Shown: positions 43,664 to 51,689 of the stretch, one piece after another
Layout of the letters: each line of letters starts with the position of its first letter
Position numbering within the stretch: position 1 is the first letter of the stretch
From: an uncultured delta proteobacterium
GTDB lineage: Bacteria; Desulfobacterota; Desulfomonilia; UBA1062
Direction of reading: 5' to 3'
NCBI GenBank assembly: GCA_963752595.1
Contig: CAVVYZ010000026.1
Coordinates: 1-55,713 of the forward strand
DNA: 55,713 bases
Made by a program: the position numbers and the translations under genes
Notes under the pieces: model-generated
What the model saw: only the letters and a program-made list of their open reading frames with translations
Told to the model about the DNA's origin: nothing
The model's database searches: none

Positions 43664-43873
43664 AGTAACAGGATTTTAAGCTCCTCCTCTGGTGAACGGG
43701 CAATGCCGATCAGGTTCCGTCCAGGCCCTGCCCTGTCTGGCGAACACCCGTTTTTACCCCTCTCATTGAGATTTTCCCCCAGGACTCCCATTATATTTAC
43801 AGGAATATGCACATGATCGAATGTGCCTGAAAAATGATTCTGATGTAAGGGATCTGTCAAAGAGAGGTTAATT

Positions 43874-44614
43874 ATGGCGTTCAATCAAAATGCCCGTACG
43901 TTATGCCTGATCAGTATGCTCGTTCTCCCGGCATTGGTATTCATGGGAGGATGTGCCCGCAACCCGAAACCTTCACTGCAGTATATATCTCCTCCTCCGC
44001 TTGCGCCTGTTGTAACGGATGAATACATACTCCAGCCGTATGATACGCTCGAAATCAAGTTTTACCATAACCCGGAGCTCAACGATACGGTCATCATCAG
44101 ACCCGACGGCAAAATAACCCTCCAGATGGTCGATGAAATCCGGGCGGCAGGTCTCTCACCCGCACAGCTCGATGAGCTTCTTACCCAGAAGTACGGTCTT
44201 CTGCTCAATCAGGTCATGATTACCGTGATCGTAAGGAACTTTACCGACCAACAAATCTACGTGGGTGGCGAGGTTTATCTCCCCCAGGTAATGAATCTGG
44301 CAGGGAGGATGAATGCCCTGCAGGCTGTCTTTATGGCAGGGGGCTTCAAACCCGATGCAAAGATCTCCGATGTCATGATCGTGAGCAGAGGCCCGGATAA
44401 CAAGCCGTTGGCCCGGAAGGTGAATCTGAAAAAAGCGCTCAAGGGTGATCTTGATTTCGATGAGTACCGCCTCAGGCCGTTTGATATCGTCTACGTCCCG
44501 CAGACCGCAATCGCCAGTGTAGACCAGTTCATGAGCCATCTCTACCGGTTTATACCTCCGCAGGTGGGCTTCGGGTTCCTTTATGAAGTGCATGACGAAG
44601 CTCCGAACGATTAG
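43874..44614 (+). CDS. Polysaccharide export lipoprotein (Wza-like, Poly_export + SLBB)
   Basis: Lipobox MGGC; IRPDGKITL, YVGGEV, AVFMAGG, LRPFDIVYVP. Confidence 0.88.
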   Translation: MAFNQNARTLCLISMLVLPALVFMGGCARNPKPSLQYISPPPLAPVVTDEYILQPYDTLEIKFYHNPELNDTVIIRPDGKITLQMVDEIRAAGLSPAQLDELLTQKYGLLLNQVMITVIVRNFTDQQIYVGGEVYLPQVMNLAGRMNALQAVFMAGGFKPDAKISDVMIVSRGPDNKPLARKVNLKKALKGDLDFDEYRLRPFDIVYVPQTAIASVDQFMSHLYRFIPPQVGFGFLYEVHDEAPND

Positions 44615-44707
44615 GCGACAAGCTTTTTACAGAGATCGATTACATTTAAACATCATTCATATGCAGACCCTGCCCCAAATATCTCACGCTGCGCAGGAGG
44701 TACGACC

Positions 44708-45714
44708 ATGGTCAATATCGGCGTCTTGGGATACGGATACTGTGGACCAATATCTTAAATAAATTCAATTTAGTGGAAGACGCACAGGTGGCTTCGATAT
44801 GTGACATCAGCCCGGACACTCTGGACAGGGCATTCAGGACATCACCGGGCATCCCGACCACAACCGATTATCGGGAGCTCGTACGGTCACCCTCCATCGA
44901 TGCAGTGGCGATTGCCACCCCGGTGAGCACGCACTACGAACTGGCAAGGGAGGCGCTCTTAAGCGGCAAGCACATCTTTGTTTCCAAGCCCTTTATTGAA
45001 ACCGTTCACCAGGGCGAAGAGCTCATCGAGCTTGCCGAGAAGAAAGGGCTCTGGATCATGGTTGACCACACCTTTCTTTTCAGCGGTGCGGTGAAGAGGA
45101 TCAAAGATCTCATCGAAAGCGATGTGCTCGGGGATATCCTGTATTATGATTCCACCCGGGTCAACCTCGGCGTTGCCAATCGTGACGTCGATGCTATATG
45201 GGATCTCGCCCCGCACGATCTCTCCATCATGGATTACATCATTTCAGAGGAACCGGAAGCCATTACGGCAAACGGCAGGCTTTATCAGAAGGAGTCTCTT
45301 GCCCATATTGCATATATCACTGTGTACTTCGGCAACAATATGATTGCACACTTCAATGCAAATTCACTCTCTCCGGTCAAGGTTCAGACTACCCTCATCG
45401 GCGGTGACAAGAGGATGCTGGTATGGAACGATCTCCTTGGGGATGAAAAGGTCAAGGTATACGATAAAGGCATCAGGGTACAAACGGATGAGGGCATGCG
45501 CAAGCTTATGGTCAGCAACAGGACGGGTGACATGTGGAGCCCGAAAATCGATTTTGCCGATGCCTTGAAGTCCGAAGCAGAATACTTTATCAGCTGCGTG
45601 ACGGACAATCACAAGCCGTTCAACGATGGTCCGGCCGGCTTGAGGATCGTGAAAATGCTCGTAGCCTCAGACGAATCGCTGAAGGATAACGGCAGGATGA
45701 TAAGTCTGACATGA
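44708..45714 (+). CDS. Gfo/Idh/MocA family oxidoreductase, frameshift near 44750
   Basis: IGVLGYGY.G, AIATPVSTH, GKHIFVSKP, MVDHTF, WDLAPHD. Confidence 0.88.
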
Positions 45715-46049
45715 TGACTGCCTTATTTTCTTCTGCATCTCAGGAGTAACATTCTAAAAGAAGATTAAAACACAGAACCCGTCATACTTGAGAAGTATAT
45801 AACAATTCAATTGGATTTCAATTTAAGGAAATGCTATCATATTGTTCACTTACTGATTCACCGCATGAAATGACGTCAGAGGTTTGCTGATACTCGCAAT
45901 GATGAAAATGAGGAAGCCATACATTTCTTTCCGTTCACCCCTCACAGACGGAGTCTGCCGTTTTCAGACAAGCCGGTTCGACTTTCATCAATTGGGCAGA
46001 GGGGGCGGCTTTCCATATGTCTTCATTTCCCTGTTAGCATGACATATTT

Positions 46050-46175
46050 GCAATACATGGAAAAATCGTGGGGATATTTTCCATGTTTTAAGTCTCTATA
46101 TGAGTTTAGATGGAAAATAATCCATTTTATAAAGGCAATACATGGAAAATTTCCATCTATTGAGAATGTTGGGGC
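46050..46175 (+). promoter_or_regulatory. attI-like integron recombination site with repeats
   Basis: GTTGGGGC at 46168 is the reverse complement of GCCCCAAC (47313-47320), the R'' box of the first attC; upstream direct repeat GCAATACATGGAAAA at 46050 and 46135 and TGGAAAA/TTCCA inverted motifs. Confidence 0.6.
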
Positions 46176-46204
46176 ATTTACAATCAAACTTAAGGGAAAA
46201 AGTT

Positions 46205-47308
46205 ATGAGAATATTTGCAGAGATTGATGCTGATCAGGCATTCAACACACAACTTCAAAGGGCAAAGTCTGAAATTGAATCACTTGATAAAGCATCCTCA
46301 ACTCAAGTTGATGATGAGACCTATATTCTACGAATCCTGTCTCAAGTAAGGATTGATCCAATCCATTTCAAATTTAATGATGTTTATATTTCAACTTATG
46401 AAAAGATGATTCCCTCTGAGCAACACCCTGGTCATAATTTTTTCTTGGAGGCTGGTAAGAGCTATAAAAGACAAATAGTAAAGTATCATCTTCCTTTTGA
46501 AGGTGATTCAGTTCTTCTACGCTGTATCCCAAATCCTGGAATAATGTGGTCAATTAATGTTGATTTAAATGGGAACGAAATATCCTTTGATATTGTAAAT
46601 TGGAGTGGTGATGCTGAGGATATTAAACGAGAAGCAAATGACATTTTAAAAACTATCCATGATCAGTGGGATAATTTATCCAAGCAAGTTAATGCATTCA
46701 ATACTTCTGCGCAGGAACAGATTATGAGAATGTTATCAGGATGGAAGGCGAAGATTAAGAAAGACAATGATTTTGTTGCAGCACTCGGTTTACCTGTAAA
46801 ACAAATGCAACATTCGAAGACATCATCAATCTCAGTTTCTCAAGGTAATAAGCTGTCGAAAACAACTAAAGCACCAGATAAGAAATCATCCAAAACTTGG
46901 GACATCTTCATATCGCATGCCAGTGAAGATAAAGACGCATTTGTTCGTGAACTAGCAAATGAACTTACTGCCAAGGGTCTAAAGGTTTGGTATGATGAAT
47001 TCACTCTCACAATTGGAGACAGCCTAAGACGTTCTATTGATCAAGGTTTGGCTAATTCTCAGTACGGTATTGTTGTACTAAGTCATAATTTTTTTTCAAA
47101 GGAATGGCCCCAAAGAGAATTGGACGGACTCGTAGCCAAGGAAATCTCATCGGGAAAGTTAATTCTGCCCATTTGGCACGATGTTACCAAGGATGATGTG
47201 GCTAGATTTTCGCCAATCCTCGCAGATAGGCTTGCAGTTACCTCTGACAGAGGTATGAATAATATTATCAAAGAGATTATGGCTGCTATTGAAAAGAAGT
47301 CCGTTTGA
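46205..47308 (+). CDS. Cassette 1: unknown N-terminal domain fused to a TIR domain (TIR_2/TcpC-like)
   Basis: WDIFISHASEDK, KVWYDEF.L.IGDSL, GIVVLS.NFF.KEWPQRELDGL, ILPIWH; AT-rich; ATG at 46205 is the first start inside the cassette. Confidence 0.9.
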   Translation: MRIFAEIDADQAFNTQLQRAKSEIESLDKASSTQVDDETYILRILSQVRIDPIHFKFNDVYISTYEKMIPSEQHPGHNFFLEAGKSYKRQIVKYHLPFEGDSVLLRCIPNPGIMWSINVDLNGNEISFDIVNWSGDAEDIKREANDILKTIHDQWDNLSKQVNAFNTSAQEQIMRMLSGWKAKIKKDNDFVAALGLPVKQMQHSKTSSISVSQGNKLSKTTKAPDKKSSKTWDIFISHASEDKDAFVRELANELTAKGLKVWYDEFTLTIGDSLRRSIDQGLANSQYGIVVLSHNFFSKEWPQRELDGLVAKEISSGKLILPIWHDVTKDDVARFSPILADRLAVTSDRGMNNIIKEIMAAIEKKSV

Positions 47309-47313
47309 GAAAG

Positions 47314-47373
47314 CCCCAACCATCACATCCACACGGACGCGCTGACGCGCGCCGGTGATGCGTGCCGTTCGGC
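47314..47373 (+). repeat. attC site 1 (60 bp)
   Basis: R'' CCCCAAC, L'' CATCCAC / L' GTGATG with one extra base, R' GTTCGGC. Confidence 0.85.
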
Positions 47374-47395
47374 GCTTAGCAGTGAAGGAAGGGAA

Positions 47396-48103
47396 ATGAA
47401 GGATATTTGGCAGTTCTTCATAGGTATATTTTACCACTGGATCCCGTTGGTCACCGGCGGTTTGATCATGGCCGCCCTCGGTGTATTCGAACATAGGACC
47501 GGTAGATCTGTGCCTTGGTCATGGTATGCATCAATCCTCATTCTCTTTTTCCTTTACTCCTGTTTCGTCACATGGCGTGACGAGTACCGAGTGCGGATTA
47601 AACTGGTAGAACAAGCGAAACCGAAACTTTCGATTCAGTTCAAGGGTTCTTCTCAAAGACCAGAAATGCAAGACCTCGGATTCTGTGAGTCACTAAATGG
47701 AGGTTTTCTCGAACAGCGACTCTTTCGCGTGGCGATCCGGAACGAGAGTTCAGTTTCGATCAAGGGTGCGCAACTGGTATTAGAGTCAGTCGAATCAGAT
47801 CAACGTGAGAGTTTCTTCCCAGGCCACGCACTTCGTATTATGGGCAGCAGAGCTCCCTTACCTCAGTTCGACATTGGAGCTGGTTCAACTCAATGGGTCG
47901 ATCTGGTAGGTTGCACATTGAGGTCATCCGGCGAGTACTTCTATGTGCCGTACGCAGAATTGGGCGAGCGATGGATTCCCCTCGGACGGCACACTCTTGT
48001 CTTGCGTGCCGACGGTGGTGGACTGCCGAGTCGTGCGCAGGTGATCGTTAATTGCCCAGAGCAGGGATTATTCGGAGTGAGTGAGTTCCAGGTGCTTGAA
48101 TGA
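47396..48103 (+). CDS. Cassette 2: hypothetical membrane protein (2 N-terminal TM helices and a beta-rich domain)
   Basis: 235 aa; RBS GAAGGAAGGG; fills the space between attC1 and attC2. Confidence 0.8.
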   Translation: MKDIWQFFIGIFYHWIPLVTGGLIMAALGVFEHRTGRSVPWSWYASILILFFLYSCFVTWRDEYRVRIKLVEQAKPKLSIQFKGSSQRPEMQDLGFCESLNGGFLEQRLFRVAIRNESSVSIKGAQLVLESVESDQRESFFPGHALRIMGSRAPLPQFDIGAGSTQWVDLVGCTLRSSGEYFYVPYAELGERWIPLGRHTLVLRADGGGLPSRAQVIVNCPEQGLFGVSEFQVLE

Positions 48104-48110
48104 AGATGAC

Positions 48111-48170
48111 GCCGAACCATCGCATACAGGCGGACGCAACGGTGCCGCGCCGCTGATGCCATCGTTCGGC
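48111..48170 (+). repeat. attC site 2 (60 bp)
   Basis: R'' GCCGAAC, L'' CATACAG / L' CTGATG, R' GTTCGGC. Confidence 0.9.
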
Positions 48171-48213
48171 GACAAAAGATCGACCACGATTTGTATAAGG
48201 GAGGTGAGTTAGA

Positions 48214-49212
48214 GTGATACAGGCGCGAACTGTCTGGAACGGATCCCGCTTTAGGCCAGGAGATCTAACCGGGTTCTACGAGAGTTACTTTCAGCGGGCC
48301 AATCACCCGACTCGTCCCTTGGCCTTCTGGATCCGCTACACCGCCTTGCAGCCTCGAGGGCGGCCCGACCTTGCGTGCGGCGAGCTGTGGGCGATCTATT
48401 TCGATGGCGAGACGAACCGCATCACTGCCGTGAAAGAGACGGTTCCGATATCGGAGTGCCATTTCTCTTCCACGCAGCTGGATGTGCTCATTAGCTCCGC
48501 TACGCTCACGGATGGAGTGCTGCAGGGCCGCGCGGCATCGCCGTCCCACACTCTTAAATGGTCGCTCCACTACGCAGGCCATGAGCCACCATTGTTGTTG
48601 CTGCCCGAACGGTTGTACGAGCGGCGGTTTCCAAAGGCAAAGGCCCTTGTTGGGACGCCAAATGCCGAGTACAGCGGCACACTCACGGTGGACGATCGCG
48701 AGATTCCGATCGAGGGCTGGAGGGGCAGCCAAAATCACAACTGGGGTAGCCGGCACACCGATCATTACGCATGGTGTCAAGTCGCGGGCTTCGACAATGC
48801 CCCGGACGCCTTTTGGGAATGCTGCACGGCCCAGGTAAAGCTCGGACCCGTCTGGAGCCCACGCCTAACGTTCGCCGTGTTGCGCGACGAGGGACAGGAG
48901 ATGGCGCTCAACGGCCTCCTGCAGGCCGTGCGCGCGTCCGGGGCCTTCAATTTATTTACTTGGACCATTGATACGCGGAGCCCTGAGACCCGCATCTACG
49001 GCCGCATCAATGCTCCCGCCAGCGCCTTTGTCGGGCTGAGCTATCAGAATCCATCGGGTGGCAAGAAGACATGTCTCAACACCAAGTTGGCGAGCGCGGA
49101 GATTACCGTAGAGCGACGCGGACAACCGCCGCGAACCTTGAAGACGATGCATCGCGCGGCATTCGAGATTCTCACTGACAGAGCAGACCACGGTGTGGCG
49201 ATCGTTGCGTGA
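48214..49212 (+). CDS. Cassette 3: hypothetical protein, possibly tocopherol-cyclase/lipocalin-like fold
   Basis: 332 aa; YESYFQRANHP, FWIRYT, GSQNHNWGSRH. Confidence 0.7.
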   Translation: MIQARTVWNGSRFRPGDLTGFYESYFQRANHPTRPLAFWIRYTALQPRGRPDLACGELWAIYFDGETNRITAVKETVPISECHFSSTQLDVLISSATLTDGVLQGRAASPSHTLKWSLHYAGHEPPLLLLPERLYERRFPKAKALVGTPNAEYSGTLTVDDREIPIEGWRGSQNHNWGSRHTDHYAWCQVAGFDNAPDAFWECCTAQVKLGPVWSPRLTFAVLRDEGQEMALNGLLQAVRASGAFNLFTWTIDTRSPETRIYGRINAPASAFVGLSYQNPSGGKKTCLNTKLASAEITVERRGQPPRTLKTMHRAAFEILTDRADHGVAIVA

Positions 49213-49225
49213 AACGACCAGGACA

Positions 49226-49286
49226 GCCGAACAGTGCCTTGCAGCGGACGCGGAGATTGCCGCGCCGCTGATGGCGAGCGTTCTGC
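49226..49286 (+). repeat. attC site 3 (61 bp)
   Basis: R'' GCCGAAC, shared core CAGCGGACGCG...CGCGCCGCTG, R' GTTCTGC. Confidence 0.85.
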
Positions 49287-49323
49287 TTACGCATAAAATG
49301 CTGCAAGCCCTTGGCTGGCTGCG

Positions 49324-49773
49324 ATGCCGATGGTTACTACCTTAGGAGTGTACATTGCGACCCCTCTTGTTCTGGGCCTCGCAATCCGTAAGCGATGGCC
49401 GCGCACCGCACTATCCCTCGTGAAGCCGGTAACCCGTTTGAGTATGGTCATGCTTCTCATGCTTGTAGCCGGGTACCTGATTATCAAAGGAAATCAAATT
49501 GCTGTGGGCGGATTACCACTGATATTCCTGAGCCTGGCCTCGGCCTGTGCAGCTCTTGCCGGTGGAATTACCGCTACTAAGCATGCCGGCCTCAGGCGTG
49601 CTCTGGGTTTTACATCCAGCATCCGTAACGTGACTTTAGCTATCCTGCTCGCCGGCACAAGCTATCCCGGTCCAAAGACGATGCTTGCCGTTCTTGCATA
49701 CGGGCCGGCTCAGTATGTCATCAGCTTTCCGGTAGCGGTTGTGGCTGCACGAACGGTAAAGGGATATGCCTAA
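49324..49773 (+). pseudogene. Cassette 4: C-terminal half of a bile acid:Na+ symporter (BASS)-like protein
   Basis: PLVLGLAIR, RRALGFTSSIRNVTLAI; only 149 aa, no N-terminal half. Confidence 0.55.
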
Positions 49774-49797
49774 ATTTAATTTTCTTATAAAAGAATT

Positions 49798-49856
49798 GCC
49801 CAACAAACTCATACATTGGACGGCTTTCAGCCGCTTTGTGATGCCTGCCGTTTGCG
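49798..49856 (+). repeat. attC site 4 (59 bp, more degenerate)
   Basis: R'' GCCCAAC, L'' CATACAT / L' GTGATG, inner CGGCT/AGCCG stem, R' GTTTGCG. Confidence 0.7.
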
Positions 49857-49913
49857 ATTCTGGATGGAGGCCGGTCTGTAGACGACATACGTCAAAGCAA
49901 CCGGACTCTGCTT

Positions 49914-49950
49914 AAGAAGAGAGGGGGTGCTCCCCCCTCTTTTTGCTTTC
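49914..49950. terminator. Bidirectional terminator
   Basis: AGAGGGGG-TGCTC-CCCCCTCT flanked by A-rich and T-rich runs. Confidence 0.7.
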
Positions 49951-49957
49951 AGCGTTA

Positions 49958-50896
49958 TTACTTGCCTGCAGCCTGACCGCCTCCGTTTTCCTTCATGACA
50001 GACATTGCGGTGGCTATGATTCCAGCGACATTGGACAGATCCGTGGGCAGGATCATGGTATTGTTCGTCTTCGCAAGCTTGCCGAATTCGGTGAGGTATT
50101 GCTCTGCGACCCTCAGATTAACGGCATTCATCCCACCTTGTAAATTTATCGCTTCTGCAATTTTCGCTATGCCCGAAGCAGTCGCTTCGGCAACTTTCAG
50201 AATTTCAGCTGCCTTACCTTCGGCTTCGTTGATGCGTTTGATCTTCTCACCTTCGGAATTCAAGATGGCCTGCTGTTTATTTCCCTCGGCAACATTGATT
50301 TTTGCCTGCTTGTCACCTTCAGAGGTCGCTATTACTGCCCGTTTTTCCCGCTCGGCCTTCATCTGAGATTCCATGGCGTTCTTTATGGAATCCGGCGGGT
50401 TGATGTTTCTGATTTCGTAACGGGTGAGCTTCACACCCCAGGGGTCCGATGCCTTGTCGATATTCTGTACGATTTCTGCATTTATTTTGTCCCGTTCCTC
50501 AAAAGTCTTATCCAGCTCCATTTTGCCCATTTCACTGCGCATGGTTGTCTGGGCAAGCTGAACAGAGGCGAACAGGTAATCGCTGATGCCATAGGATGCT
50601 TTATAAGGATCCACAACTTTGAGGTAAATCAGCCCGTCCACCGCCACGGAGATGTTGTCTCTGGTAATGCACGTTTGCTCGGGAACATCAATTGCCTGCT
50701 CTTTGAGCGTGTGCTTGTACGCCACGTTTTCGATAAACGGCACCAGTATGTGAAAGCCCGCTGTCAGGGTTCTGCTATACTTACCGAGCCTTTCAACAAC
50801 ATAAGCCGCGGTCTGAGGCACCACGATGGCGGTTTTTAAAACGACGATGACGGCGAAAACTACGAGTATTAAAGCGATAAGCGTTCCGATTGTCAT
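49958..50896 (-). CDS. SPFH/band-7 (stomatin, QmcA-like) protein
   Basis: VVERLGKY, QTCITRDN, AQTTMRSEMG, WGVKLTRYEI, QMKAEREKRA. Confidence 0.93.
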   Translation of the reverse strand: MTIGTLIALILVVFAVIVVLKTAIVVPQTAAYVVERLGKYSRTLTAGFHILVPFIENVAYKHTLKEQAIDVPEQTCITRDNISVAVDGLIYLKVVDPYKASYGISDYLFASVQLAQTTMRSEMGKMELDKTFEERDKINAEIVQNIDKASDPWGVKLTRYEIRNINPPDSIKNAMESQMKAEREKRAVIATSEGDKQAKINVAEGNKQQAILNSEGEKIKRINEAEGKAAEILKVAEATASGIAKIAEAINLQGGMNAVNLRVAEQYLTEFGKLAKTNNTMILPTDLSNVAGIIATAMSVMKENGGGQAAGK

Positions 50897-51375
50897 GATT
50901 CTTCTCTCCTATCAGTTGATTTAATTGCGAGTGGCTTCACGGTAAGTACGAGGTTTCTTCGTTCGGTCACTTCGACCATATCCCCGGGTTCGAGGGATGA
51001 TGCGGATTCTGCGTTCCAGAGGGTCCCGAAGAGTTCAACTTTGCCAGGACAGCCTGGAGCAATCCGTTCTTTCACCACAACTTTTTCTCCTGTGAAATTT
51101 TCCAGGCTCTCTCCTTCATCTTTGACTCCGCCTGTAAAGATTTTTTTGAAGTGCTTTCTCAGGAAGACCAGACAGGCAAAGGAAGTGACAAGAAAGATAA
51201 GAAGCTGTGCCGTCAGAGATATCGTGAAGAGCATGCAGATGACCGACACGATAAGCGCTCCGATCCCGAAGAAAATGAAAACCAGTCCGGGTGCGGCGAA
51301 CTCAACGAGACATAAAACCACGCCGATGATAAACCAGATCAGGTCCGGCCTGACATATTGCATAATTGTTCCCAT
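50893..51375 (-). CDS. NfeD family membrane protein (YbbJ-like)
   Basis: N-terminal TMs; GKVELFGTLWNA OB-fold; coupled to the SPFH gene. Confidence 0.9.
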   Translation of the reverse strand: MGTIMQYVRPDLIWFIIGVVLCLVEFAAPGLVFIFFGIGALIVSVICMLFTISLTAQLLIFLVTSFACLVFLRKHFKKIFTGGVKDEGESLENFTGEKVVVKERIAPGCPGKVELFGTLWNAESASSLEPGDMVEVTERRNLVLTVKPLAIKSTDRREES

Positions 51376-51630
51376 GTATTCCCCTTCCTATCCGACATAA
51401 AGACCAAAGGCATCTTTGCTGAAATCTTATTTCTCCATAACCAGACCAATGCCATACGGTATGGGCTTAGTACTTACCTTCTTTTCATGAGAATTTATAT
51501 AAATTTATCACCACACCCCTTGGGCTTTAGAGACATTGGCTTTTTACGGATACCATACTCGATTGGATGAAACGGAGAAAGTGATTGTGGATACGGGAAC
51601 CTGAAGAAAGATTGCTATCAGAATGCAAAT

Positions 51631-51672
51631 AAAAAGAGGCAGAACTCATGGTCCTGCCTCTTTTTATTTTTT
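51631..51672. terminator. Terminator downstream of glutamine synthetase
   Basis: AAAAAGAGGCAG...CTGCCTCTTTTT inverted repeat. Confidence 0.75.
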
Positions 51673-51689
51673 ATTATTTCCCGTGCCTG

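Larger units (their letters stand above)
46168..49856 (+). mobile_element. Integron gene-cassette array without an integrase (CALIN-like), 4 cassettes
   Basis: Four attC sites, each directly following a co-oriented ORF; no intI ORF nearby. Confidence 0.85.

Noticed and set aside
45960-46000. GGTTCGA tRNA T-loop-like sequence
   Set aside because: No cloverleaf or acceptor stem can be built around it
45720-46040. Possible intI remnant on the minus strand (short frames MKTYGKPPPLPN and MESRPLCPIDESRTGLSENGRLRL)
   Set aside because: Too short and without tyrosine-recombinase motifs; cannot be supported without a search
46142-46204. N-terminal extension of the TIR ORF given in the track
   Set aside because: It begins upstream of the cassette boundary at 46168; the ATG at 46205 with a purine-rich RBS is more plausible
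46205-48103. Calling TIR + membrane protein a Thoeris system
   Set aside because: No SIR2, Macro or SLOG motifs were recognised in cassette 2, the TIR is TcpC-like with a long N-terminal domain, and an attC separates the genes
47314-49856. The four palindromic repeats as a CRISPR array or REP elements
   Set aside because: They are separated by whole genes, are not identical, and have attC R/L box structure; no cas genes are present
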